From the NCBI GenBank assembly GCA_038229595.1, contig JBBROH010000002.1, positions 9,214-73,213 on the forward strand: DNA of 64,000 bases, given 5' to 3'. Positions 42,509 through 51,467 of the stretch are shown here, piece after piece (positions within the stretch are counted from its first letter, which is position 1; every line of letters begins with the position of its first letter). The position numbers and the translations under genes were made by a program. This DNA comes from Chloroflexia bacterium (lineage in GTDB: Bacteria > Chloroflexota > Chloroflexia > QHBQ01). The notes beneath the pieces were generated by a model. That model was given only the letters and a program-made list of their open reading frames with translations. It made no database searches and had not been told where the DNA came from.

Positions 42509-44908
42509 ATGACTAGCGTGGCAGAAATCTTTGAGACGATGGCGTATGGCCCGGCCCCAGAGGCGGCTAGCCCGGCTACGGACTGGCTGAAGGAGCATGG
42601 AGGCCAGTTCGAGTTGTTCTACGGTGGTGAGTGGGTACAGCCACAGAGTGGCAAGTACCTGGAGACGACCAACCCCGCGAACGGCAAGCCACTGGCGAAG
42701 ATCGCGGCAGCCAACCCCGCCGACGTGGATGCAGCGGTCGCTGCATCCACTGCCGCCTTCAAGGATTGGAGCAGCTTGCCGGGCCACGCCCGCGCCCGCT
42801 GGATGTACGCCCTGGCTCGCCAGATACAAAAGCACGCGCGCCTGCTAGCTGTGCTAGAGTCGCTAGACAACGGCAAGACGATCCGCGAGACGCGGGACAT
42901 TGACGTGCCGCTGGTTGCCCGCCACTTCTACTACTACGCGGGCTGGGCGCAGTTGATGGAGAGCGAACTGCGCGACTACGCCCCGCTCGGCGTAGTTGGA
43001 CAGATCATTCCCTGGAACTTCCCGTTGATGATGATGGCCTGGAAGATCGCGCCCGCCCTGGCGATGGGCAATACTGTTGTGCTGAAGCCCGCCCGCTACA
43101 CCCCACTGACCGCCCTGGCCTTCGCCGCGATTTGCCACGAGGTGGGCCTGCCCGCTGGCGTGGTCAACATCATCACCGGCGATGCTGGTTCGGCGGGCGC
43201 AGCTATCGTTGCGCACCCCGACGTTGCCAAGATCGCCTTCACTGGCTCGACCGAGGTGGGCCGTACCCTGCGGCAGCAGACGGCTGGCACTGGCAAGCGG
43301 CTATCGCTCGAACTGGGCGGTAAGTCGCCCTTCGTCGTCTTCGCCGATGCCGACCTGGACGGCGTGGTGGAGGGGGTGGTGGACGCGATCTGGTTCAACC
43401 AGGGGCAGGTCTGCTGCGCGGGGTCACGGCTGCTGGTGCAGGAGAGCGTTGAGCAGAAGCTGCTGGCGAAGCTGCGCGCCCGCATGGAGAAGCTGCGGGT
43501 CGGTCAGCCGCTCGACAAGGCGATGGATATTGGCGCGATAGTCTCACCCAGCCAGCTTGAGCAGATCGATGCGCTGGTACAGCAGGGCGTGGCTGCGGGC
43601 GCGACCTTGTGGCAGCCCTCCTGGTCGTGTCCCACCGAGGGCAGCTTCTACCCGCCGACGCTGCTAACCGACGTGTCGCCCGCCTCGATGATCGCGCAGA
43701 CCGAGATTTTCGGTCCGGTGCTGGTCAGCATGAGCTTCCGCACCCCAGCCGAGGCGGTCGCCCTGGCAAACAATACCAGCTACGGCCTGGCCGCCAGCGT
43801 CTGGAGCGACAACCTCAACCTCGCACTGGACATCGCTCGCCAGATCAAGGCTGGCACCGTCTGGGTCAATTGCACCAACCAGTTTGACGCAGCCAGCGGC
43901 TTTGGCGGCTACCGTGAGAGTGGCTACGGGCGTGAAGGCGGCAAGGAGGGGCTATGGGAGTACCTCAAGCTGCGCGACAGCGGCGCAGAGCGAGCCGCCA
44001 TCGTGGAGCCGTCCGCGCCCACCGCCGAACAGGGGGGGAGCAAGGTAGCAGTGCGTGGCCGTTCAGCCTTGCCAGTAATCGACCGCACCCCGAAGATGTA
44101 CATCGGGGGCAAGCAGGCCCGGCCCGATAGCGGCTACTCAATGCCGATCTATGGCGCGGCTGAGCAGGAGATCGGGCTGGTAGGCGAAGGCAATCGCAAG
44201 GACATCCGCAATGCAGTTGAGGCAGCCCACGCTGCTGAGGGCTGGGCAACGGCCTACGGCCACAACAAGGCGCAGATAATCTACTACATTGCTGAGAACC
44301 TCGCCGCCCGCGCTACCGAGTTTGCTACCCGCCTCGCCCAGCAGACTGGCGGCGACGGCGCAGCAGAGGTGGAGGCGGCGATCTCGCGGCTGTTCACCTA
44401 CGCGGCCTGGGCCGACAAGTACGACGGCCTCGTACACTCCACCCCCTCGCGCAATGTCACGCTAGCGATGAATGAGCCAGTGGGGGTGCTGGGTATCCTC
44501 TGCCCCGACGACGCGCCGCTCCTGGGCTTCGTTTCCCTGGTCGCCCCCGCGATTGCGATGGGCAACACGGTTGTGGTCGTCCCTTCACCGCTGCACCCGC
44601 TCTCTGCCACCGACCTCTACCAGGTGTTCGATACCTCCGACCTGCCCGCTGGGGTGATCAACATTGTGACTGGCCCACGTGAGCCGCTGGCGAAGGTGCT
44701 GGCCGAGCATGACGACGTGGACGGCGTTTGGTACTTTGGCACCGTCGAGGGCAGCAAGCAGGTGGAGCTAGCCAGCGTTGGTAACATGAAGCGCACCTGG
44801 ACAAGCCTGGGCCGGGCCACCGACTGGCTATCCAGCCACGCCGAGGGCCAGGAGTTCCTGCGCGAAGCGACCCAGGTGAAGAACATTTGGGTGCCTTACG
44901 GCGAGTAG
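42509..44908 (+). CDS. aldehyde dehydrogenase with C-terminal degenerate second ALDH-like (NAD-binding half) domain
   Basis: First about 490 aa is a complete ALDH. It has a Rossmann GxxxxG region, catalytic Glu in LELGGKSP and catalytic Cys in NQGQVCCAGSRLLV. Residues about 520-800 repeat the N-terminal ALDH half (NEPVGVLGILCPDDAPLLGFVSLVAPAIAMGNTVVVVPS...VINIVTGPREPL) but lack the Cys/Glu catalytic segments. ATG at 42509 follows an AAGAAGGA RBS. Confidence 0.8.
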   Translation: MTSVAEIFETMAYGPAPEAASPATDWLKEHGGQFELFYGGEWVQPQSGKYLETTNPANGKPLAKIAAANPADVDAAVAASTAAFKDWSSLPGHARARWMYALARQIQKHARLLAVLESLDNGKTIRETRDIDVPLVARHFYYYAGWAQLMESELRDYAPLGVVGQIIPWNFPLMMMAWKIAPALAMGNTVVLKPARYTPLTALAFAAICHEVGLPAGVVNIITGDAGSAGAAIVAHPDVAKIAFTGSTEVGRTLRQQTAGTGKRLSLELGGKSPFVVFADADLDGVVEGVVDAIWFNQGQVCCAGSRLLVQESVEQKLLAKLRARMEKLRVGQPLDKAMDIGAIVSPSQLEQIDALVQQGVAAGATLWQPSWSCPTEGSFYPPTLLTDVSPASMIAQTEIFGPVLVSMSFRTPAEAVALANNTSYGLAASVWSDNLNLALDIARQIKAGTVWVNCTNQFDAASGFGGYRESGYGREGGKEGLWEYLKLRDSGAERAAIVEPSAPTAEQGGSKVAVRGRSALPVIDRTPKMYIGGKQARPDSGYSMPIYGAAEQEIGLVGEGNRKDIRNAVEAAHAAEGWATAYGHNKAQIIYYIAENLAARATEFATRLAQQTGGDGAAEVEAAISRLFTYAAWADKYDGLVHSTPSRNVTLAMNEPVGVLGILCPDDAPLLGFVSLVAPAIAMGNTVVVVPSPLHPLSATDLYQVFDTSDLPAGVINIVTGPREPLAKVLAEHDDVDGVWYFGTVEGSKQVELASVGNMKRTWTSLGRATDWLSSHAEGQEFLREATQVKNIWVPYGE

Positions 44909-45059
44909 TAAGCGGCTGAAGCTGGCGGGCTGGCCCTCTACTGCCCGCGGCGACTCCTCTTGCACGGGCAGCTTGCCGCGTGAGAGACTGATGCTTGCCG
45001 AGAGCAGCAGCAAGCCAGTCAGCATATAGTAGACAATGTGCAGCCCTGCAACCTGCGCT

Positions 45060-46385
45060 TTAGTTGCCGCTTGCCCCGCTAGCCGCTGGGGTTAGCTGCG
45101 CGGCATAAAGCAGGCGGCGTAGGCTGCTGGCGAAGGGGCTGCGGCTGAACAAGCCTGTCAGGTCGTAGTCCGCCAACAGGTGTAGCAGGCTGGTCAGGGC
45201 GGGGCTGGCAACGACCAGGCCCACGTGTCGCTCCTCGGCGGGGTAGCTCTCCACCCCATCCCTGCTGGCTGTCACTGTCAGGTAGTAGTCGCCCGGAGCA
45301 GGTGGGCGCAGGCTATAGCTGCCCAGCCCGCTCACGTCCACCGTCGCAGTGTAGACCCCACTCTGCACCCCGTACTTGAGGGTGTAGGTGGTCGCATCGG
45401 TGACTACCCGCTGCCAACTGAGGCTAATCGTCTGCTCCGGGTTGGCGGCGGCGACGAAGTTGGCGGGCGTGTCGCCGATGGTGATCGCTGGGTTGTCGCT
45501 GCGCGGGGTGAAGTGAGTCAGGTCAGGGCCTTCCGCGATGCCGATCATGCCATAGTTGCCGCCCAACTCTGGGATGCCGTTGTAGTACATGGTGTAGCCA
45601 CCCGCCTCGTTGCGCCGAATAAACATCCCGTAAACCTGCCCCGCATCCCACTGCTTACCGCTACCCTTGTCCAGGATCGGGTCGCCCGGCTGCGGGGCGA
45701 AGTTTAGCCCATCCTTGCTTAGAGCCAGGCGGATGTTCGTTCCCTCCCGATAGTAGAGGTAGACGGTGCTGTTCTCCACCCAGGCCAGGCTGGTGTACAG
45801 TTCGCTGGTCGAGGTGATTACCGGCTGGGCGCGCCGCTGCCAGTGCAGACCGTCCACACTCTGAGCTACACCGATGCTCATCTTCATAGCCTGGTCGAAG
45901 CCGGTGTAGTACATCAAGTAGAGGGGTGGCAGGGTTGGCAGGCCGAAACTGGCGAGCAGGTCGTTGCTCTGCTGGTCGAGGCGCACAACTGAGGGTCGCA
46001 CCAACAGCTGCTCATCCCAGCTACCCTGTGGCCCAAAGCCCAGCACTGGCGCGGGCTGAGCCTGCCAATGTACGCCATCCACGCTCTCGGCATAGCCAAT
46101 CTGGTAGGGGTAGCCACCATCATAGTACATCTTGAAGCGACCCGCCTCGTAGCTGACATAGGGGAAGGCATGGGTTGCAGCCCAATCCTGCAACTCTATC
46201 GGCCCCTGCTTGTCAAAGTGGATACCATCCTTGCTGGTCGCGTAGTAAATCTGCCAGTAGCAGCCGTAGCCACTGTAGAAAGCGTAGTAGGTGTCGCCTA
46301 CCCTGACTACGCTAGGGTACTCGGCGTGTACACCATCGCAGTAGATGAAGCCAGCATCGCGCCACTGCTGTGGTGGCTCAGTCAA
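45060..46385 (-). CDS. five-bladed beta-propeller glycoside hydrolase/phosphorylase-like protein (GH43/GH130-type) with C-terminal Ig/Fn3-like domain
   Basis: Repeated blade motifs (YYAFYSGYG...YYATSKDGIHF; YYDGGYPYQIGYAESVDGVHW; LMYYTGFDQAMKMSIGVAQSVDGLHW; YLYYREGTNIRLALSKDGLNF). No signal peptide. TTG start. Confidence 0.6.
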   Translation of the reverse strand: MTEPPQQWRDAGFIYCDGVHAEYPSVVRVGDTYYAFYSGYGCYWQIYYATSKDGIHFDKQGPIELQDWAATHAFPYVSYEAGRFKMYYDGGYPYQIGYAESVDGVHWQAQPAPVLGFGPQGSWDEQLLVRPSVVRLDQQSNDLLASFGLPTLPPLYLMYYTGFDQAMKMSIGVAQSVDGLHWQRRAQPVITSTSELYTSLAWVENSTVYLYYREGTNIRLALSKDGLNFAPQPGDPILDKGSGKQWDAGQVYGMFIRRNEAGGYTMYYNGIPELGGNYGMIGIAEGPDLTHFTPRSDNPAITIGDTPANFVAAANPEQTISLSWQRVVTDATTYTLKYGVQSGVYTATVDVSGLGSYSLRPPAPGDYYLTVTASRDGVESYPAEERHVGLVVASPALTSLLHLLADYDLTGLFSRSPFASSLRRLLYAAQLTPAASGASGN

Positions 46386-46650
46386 CCACTGGGTGGTGGG
46401 TCGCCCAGCGGGGCAGCCACACCTGGTAGAACAACGACCAGGACAACCAACAAACTCAAGATTAGAGCAACAACTCTCCCCCTTGCACTCATCCTTTTAT
46501 GCACTCCTGTTTATGATTTACCTGCTTTGTACCCGCTCTTTATAGCTGCTTCGCAAATAGATGGAATGCCCTTGAGACCAATAGCAACAGCGTCTTCGCC
46601 AATGTTGCAAGATTTGCACCCCCATTGTTTACATTACGTTAAAGATCGTT

Positions 46651-46659
46651 TGCTATAAT
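46651..46659 (+). promoter_or_regulatory. extended -10 element (TGcTATAAT) in an AT-rich island upstream of the nuclease gene
   Basis: tttgcTATAATcg within 46486-46740, the most AT-rich intergenic region in the window. An AAAGGGA RBS precedes the TTG start. Confidence 0.3.
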
Positions 46660-46740
46660 CGTTGGGGTTTGCCACTTGCAAGCCCTATAGAGCGATTTAC
46701 CTCGGCAGCAAGAAAGTAGTATTAGAGAAAGGGAACAGAT

Positions 46741-49700
46741 TTGATCAGCAGCAACAAGCGGCGCAGCCCCATGTGGATTGGTCTTAGCCTCGTGGTCGTC
46801 CTCACCATCACGCTCGGCAGCATTAGCGCACTGGCAGCCACTGGCAGCACCCTCACTGCCCAGCAGCCTGCAAAGGCGATCAGCCAGCCAGCAGTCAGCA
46901 CCAGCATCGTGATCAGCCAACTGTATGGCGGTGGCGGCAACACTGGCGCAACCTATCAGAACGACTACGTTGAACTGCTCAACATCAGTGCAGCAACGAT
47001 CAACCTCAGTACGTACTCGCTCCAGTATGCCAGTGCCGCTAGTGCCTTCACCACCACCAACGTCAACACGCTGACGGGCAGCATCGCCCCAGGCCAATAC
47101 TACCTGATCAAGCTGAACAGTAACGCTGCTATTGGTGCGCTACTACCGACCCCAGATTACACTGGCACGCTCGCGCTGAGCAACAATAACGGCAAAGTCG
47201 CCCTGGTCAGCGGGGCTACCGCCCTTGCCTGTGGCAGTGTAGCTAACGACTGCTTCCCGGCTGGCACTGCTCTGCCGACGATCATCGACTTCGCGGGCTA
47301 TGGCACGGCCAACAACTTTGAGGGGGTGGCTGCAGCTGCTGCGCCCAGCAACACCACCGCCGACCTGCGGGCAGGCAATGGCTGCACCGACAGCGACCGG
47401 AACTCAATTGACTTCTCGCTGAGCCAGCCTGCGCCGCGCAACAGCAGCAGCCCGCTCAACCCCTGCGGCACTCTGCCGACGGCCACCAACACCATCACCC
47501 CTGGTGGAGCGACCAACACCGCCACCGCGACGGCCACCATCGGCAGCCCAACGGCCACCGCCACCGCGACGATCACCCCCACTGTGACCAGCATCCCCAC
47601 TGTGACCAGCACCCCCCCTGGCCCTGCGACCCGCATCCATGACATCCAGGGTGCCAGCCACCTCTCGCCCTACAGTGGCACGGTCGTCAGCAACATCCCC
47701 GGCATCGTCACCGCCAAGAAGACCAACGGCTTCTACGTGCAGGACGCGACGGCGGATGCAAACGACGCAACCTCCGAGGCGATCTTCATCTTCACCAGCA
47801 GTGCGCCAACCGTTCTAGTGGGCGATAGCATCGTCTTCAGCGGCACGGTCAAGGAGTTCCGCCCTGGTGGGAGTGCCTCTGACAGCCTGACGACCACCGA
47901 GATCGACAACCCTGGCCGAGTGATCACCATGCTGTCCAGCGGCAACCCCCTGCCTACCCCGATCACCATCGGCACTGGCGGGCGCGTCCCCCCCACCAAC
48001 GTGATCGAGAACGACGCAGTTGGTGATGTGGAGAATGGCAGCAATACCTTCGACCCCGCCCAGGACGGCATTGACTTCTATGAGAGCATGGAAGGTATGC
48101 TCGTGAGGGTCAACAACACGGTCGCGGTCGGCCCCACCAACGACTATGGCAGCAACAGCGAAATCCCGGTGCTGACCGACAACGGCAGCAACGCTACTGG
48201 CACCCGCACCGTGCGCGGCGGCATCGAAATCACCGCTACCGCCAGCTACGTAACCAGCACCAACCCCACCGACGACTACAACCCAGAGCGGATCATCCTC
48301 AACGACCTGGTACTCAGTGCCAGCGGTGGTGGCCGCCTGCCGAACGTCAACGTCAGCGCAACCTTCAGCGGCGTGATCACTGGCGTGCTAGACTACAACT
48401 TCGTCAACTTCAAGCTGCAAGTGACCAGCCAGCCAGTGGTTGCCAGCAACCCGCTGACCCGTGAAGTGACCGCCCTCGTCTCTGACCAGGCGAGCAACAA
48501 GCTGACGGCGGCTACCTTCAACCTGGAGAACCTCAACCCCGGTGACACGATCACCAAGGTGCTGGGTCTCTCCAACCTGATCGTCAACAACCTGAAGGCT
48601 CCCGACATCATCGCGGTTGAAGAAATCCAGGACAACAATGGGGCGACCAACAACGGTGTGGTGGACGCTAGCCAGACCTACGCCTTGCTGATCAACAGCA
48701 TCAGCAGCATCAGCGCAACGGTTAACTACACCTACACCCAGATCGACCCGCTGGACGGGCAAGACGGCGGTCAGCCAGGCGGCAACATCCGCCAGGGCAT
48801 CCTCTATCGCACGGATCGCGGCCTCAGCTTCAACTCGCGGCCCGGCGGCGGCTCGACGATCAGCAACACGGTTGTTAACGGCGCGGGTGGCCCGCAGTTG
48901 CAGTTCAGCCCTGGGCGCATCGACCCGCTCAACGTGGCCTGGACTAGCAGCCGCAAGCCGCTGACCGCTGAGTTCAGCTACAACGGCCAGCGTTTGTTCT
49001 TCATCGTCAACCACTTCAACTCGAAGGGTGGCGACAACGGCGTGTTTGGCCGCTTCCAGCCACCACTGCGCGTCTCTGAAGTGCAACGCCAGCAGCAGGC
49101 TACCATCGTCAACGGCTTCGTGCGCCAAATCCTCAACCTCGACGCGAACGCCAGGGTCGTCGTCCTCGGCGACATCAACGACTTTGAGTTCTCCAACACG
49201 GTCAACGTCCTCAAGCTCGGTGGCGACAGCACGCCCGAACTGGTCAACCTGTTCGACCTGCTGGCCCAGAACGAACGCTACAGCTACGAGTTCCAGGGCA
49301 ACGCGCAGGTACTCGACCAGATTCTGGTCAGCCCCAGCCTCTATGCCAACGGCCAGCCCCAGTTGGATGTTGTCCACGCCAACTCGGAGTTCTTCGACCA
49401 GGCCAGCGACCATGAGCCGCAGGTAGCCCGCCTTGCCATCCAGGCCGTACTAACCCCAACAGTGACCCCGACCGGCACCGTCAGCGTGACTCCGACTGGC
49501 ACGATCACCGCCACTGGCACCGTCACTGTGACCCCGACTGGCACGATCACTGCTACTGCCACCGTTACTGGCACGCCGACCGCCACGATCACCGCCACTG
49601 CCACCGTTACTGGCACGCCAACCGCCACCGCCACCCCCTGCTCAACCACCAACTTCGCGGCCACCCTCAATGGTATGCAGGAGGTTCCGCCCAATACCTC

Positions 49701-51357
49701 GCTGGCAATTGGCAGTGGCACCATCCTGCTCAACCCCGCAACGGGCGCAGTCACGGCCAACCTCTGCTCTAGTGGCATCACCCCCACTGTCCTCTTTGCC
49801 CACATCCACCAGGGCGCGGCTGGCACTGCTGGCCCGGTCATCTTCCCGCTCAATGCGGTTAGTGGCACCAACGCCTTCACTGGCACCGGCACCATGACCC
49901 CGACCCAGATTGCTGCCCTGCAAACTGGCGGGCTGTACTTCAACATCCACAGCAGCAACTACCCTGGCGGCGAGATTCGCGGCCAGATTGGGGTAGCCTG
50001 CGCCACCCCGACGGTGACTGCTACTGGCACCGCCGCTACTGCCACGGCCACGCGCACTGGCACGGTCGTTACCACCACCGCCACTGTCACCGCCACGACC
50101 ACCAGCACTGCCACCGCGACGGTGACGGCCACGCCCTGCTCGATCACCTTCAGCGACGTGCCGACCACCAACATCTTCTACGGCGACATCCAGTTCCTCG
50201 CTTGCCGCAACATCGTTAACGGCGCGAACGGCCTGTTCCGCCCCAACGACAGCACCAAGCGTGGTGAGTTTGCCAAGATCGCCGTCCTCGGCTTCAGCCT
50301 ACCCAGCTTCACCCCGGTTACACGGACCTTCGTGGACGTGCCGAGCAGCAACATCTTCTACGGCTTCATCGAGTCGGCCAACCGCGCCGGTGCAGTCAAC
50401 GGCCTCAATGCCGCCCAGTGTGCTGCCCTCGGCACCCCTGGCACCTGCTACGGGCCAAACGTCAACATCACCCGCGTGCAGGTAGCGTTGATCGTGCAGC
50501 GCATCCGCAACTACAACACCTACACCCCCACCAGCCCGACCTTCACCGACGTGCCGGTAGGTGCCTTCGGGGCCAGCGCAATTGAGACCCTCGCCCACGA
50601 GGGGATCATCAGCGGGGCGGCCTGTGTCACGCCGCAGACCGGCCTCTGCTTCCGCTCCAACGACAACATCCGTCGCGGCGAACTAAGCAAGGTCGTGCGC
50701 CGCGCTATCGTGGACGTTCCCCCTGCCCCAGCGCGGGTGCGGGCCATCCACGCCAGCAGCAATGCCCCGGCCAATGTTGATGTGCTGGTTGATGGTGGGC
50801 GGGCTATCGCAGCCCTGCCCTACACCGGCACCAACGTGGCAGTCAGCCCCCGGCTCGCGGTCTTCGCGGGCAACCACCAGTTCCAGGTAGTGGCGGCTAA
50901 TACTACAGGCCCGGCAGCGATTTCGGCCACCCTCACCCTCACCAATGGGCAGGCGATCACGATTGTCGCTGCCGACAACGTAAGCGGCACCACGATCATC
51001 AGCGGTTCGCAGGCGATTGTCTCACAGGACGACCTCAGCGCACTCGCTGCTGGCTCCGCCCGCCTCAAGGCGATCCACGCTGCTGCTGGACAGCCTGCGG
51101 TAGACATCGCAGTGAACGGCACTGTCACCTACGCCAATGTCTCCTTCGGCAGCCAGGCCGACTACCTGACCGTCCCGGCTGGCACCTACAACCTGGAGGC
51201 GCGCCTGGCGGGTACTACGACGGTGCTGGTCTCCCTCCCCAACTTCGTAATCCAGGCAGGCAAGGTCTACGACTTCGTAGCGACCGGCAAGCCGAGCGGC
51301 CCCTTCCCCCTCTCTGTCATCTACTACGTGGACGATGCGGCTAGCAGCAGCCGCTAA
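46741..51357 (+). CDS. giant secreted extracellular nuclease: lamin-tail domain (LTD) + endonuclease/exonuclease/phosphatase (EEP) + Thr-repeat linkers + CHRD domain + three SLH domains + DUF4397 repeats
   Basis: Signal peptide MWIGLSLVVVLTITLGSISALAA. LTD (VISQLYGGGGNTGATYQNDYVELLNISAATINLSTYSLQYA). EEP motifs (FNLENLNP..., IIAVEEIQDNNG, FFIVNHFNSKGGD, VVVLGDINDF, SDHEPQVARL). CHRD (ATLNGMQEVPP...AHIHQGAAGTAGPVIFPL). SLH x3 (FSDVPTTNIFYGDIQFLACRNIVNG..., FVDVPSSNIFYGFIE..., FTDVPVGAFGASAIETLAHEGIISG). DUF4397-type C-terminus (VRAIHASSNAPANVDVLVDG...). Confidence 0.8.
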   Translation: MISSNKRRSPMWIGLSLVVVLTITLGSISALAATGSTLTAQQPAKAISQPAVSTSIVISQLYGGGGNTGATYQNDYVELLNISAATINLSTYSLQYASAASAFTTTNVNTLTGSIAPGQYYLIKLNSNAAIGALLPTPDYTGTLALSNNNGKVALVSGATALACGSVANDCFPAGTALPTIIDFAGYGTANNFEGVAAAAAPSNTTADLRAGNGCTDSDRNSIDFSLSQPAPRNSSSPLNPCGTLPTATNTITPGGATNTATATATIGSPTATATATITPTVTSIPTVTSTPPGPATRIHDIQGASHLSPYSGTVVSNIPGIVTAKKTNGFYVQDATADANDATSEAIFIFTSSAPTVLVGDSIVFSGTVKEFRPGGSASDSLTTTEIDNPGRVITMLSSGNPLPTPITIGTGGRVPPTNVIENDAVGDVENGSNTFDPAQDGIDFYESMEGMLVRVNNTVAVGPTNDYGSNSEIPVLTDNGSNATGTRTVRGGIEITATASYVTSTNPTDDYNPERIILNDLVLSASGGGRLPNVNVSATFSGVITGVLDYNFVNFKLQVTSQPVVASNPLTREVTALVSDQASNKLTAATFNLENLNPGDTITKVLGLSNLIVNNLKAPDIIAVEEIQDNNGATNNGVVDASQTYALLINSISSISATVNYTYTQIDPLDGQDGGQPGGNIRQGILYRTDRGLSFNSRPGGGSTISNTVVNGAGGPQLQFSPGRIDPLNVAWTSSRKPLTAEFSYNGQRLFFIVNHFNSKGGDNGVFGRFQPPLRVSEVQRQQQATIVNGFVRQILNLDANARVVVLGDINDFEFSNTVNVLKLGGDSTPELVNLFDLLAQNERYSYEFQGNAQVLDQILVSPSLYANGQPQLDVVHANSEFFDQASDHEPQVARLAIQAVLTPTVTPTGTVSVTPTGTITATGTVTVTPTGTITATATVTGTPTATITATATVTGTPTATATPCSTTNFAATLNGMQEVPPNTSLAIGSGTILLNPATGAVTANLCSSGITPTVLFAHIHQGAAGTAGPVIFPLNAVSGTNAFTGTGTMTPTQIAALQTGGLYFNIHSSNYPGGEIRGQIGVACATPTVTATGTAATATATRTGTVVTTTATVTATTTSTATATVTATPCSITFSDVPTTNIFYGDIQFLACRNIVNGANGLFRPNDSTKRGEFAKIAVLGFSLPSFTPVTRTFVDVPSSNIFYGFIESANRAGAVNGLNAAQCAALGTPGTCYGPNVNITRVQVALIVQRIRNYNTYTPTSPTFTDVPVGAFGASAIETLAHEGIISGAACVTPQTGLCFRSNDNIRRGELSKVVRRAIVDVPPAPARVRAIHASSNAPANVDVLVDGGRAIAALPYTGTNVAVSPRLAVFAGNHQFQVVAANTTGPAAISATLTLTNGQAITIVAADNVSGTTIISGSQAIVSQDDLSALAAGSARLKAIHAAAGQPAVDIAVNGTVTYANVSFGSQADYLTVPAGTYNLEARLAGTTTVLVSLPNFVIQAGKVYDFVATGKPSGPFPLSVIYYVDDAASSSR
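49441..49640. repeat. coding tandem repeats (about 60-bp unit) encoding VTPTGTITATGT-type Thr-rich linker
   Basis: gtgaccccgactggcacgatcaccgccactggcaccgtcact repeated with variants. Protein TPTVTPTGTVSVTPTGTITATGTVTVTPTGTITATATVTGTPTATITATATVTGTPTATATP. Confidence 0.6.
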
Positions 51358-51371
51358 CCAGCGGTTTCAGC

Positions 51372-51415
51372 CAGCGGCCCTCTCCCCAGCCAGGGAGGGG
51401 GCCGCTGTTTTGGTC
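51372..51415 (+). terminator. intrinsic terminator downstream of the nuclease gene
   Basis: CAGCGGCCCTCTCCCC-agcc-AGGGAGGGGGCCGCTG hairpin (one mismatch) followed by TTTTGGTC. Confidence 0.6.
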
Positions 51416-51467
51416 ATCGCGTATACTGCACAAGGAGTGCTTTCACAACCAAACCTGGAGGATGTTT

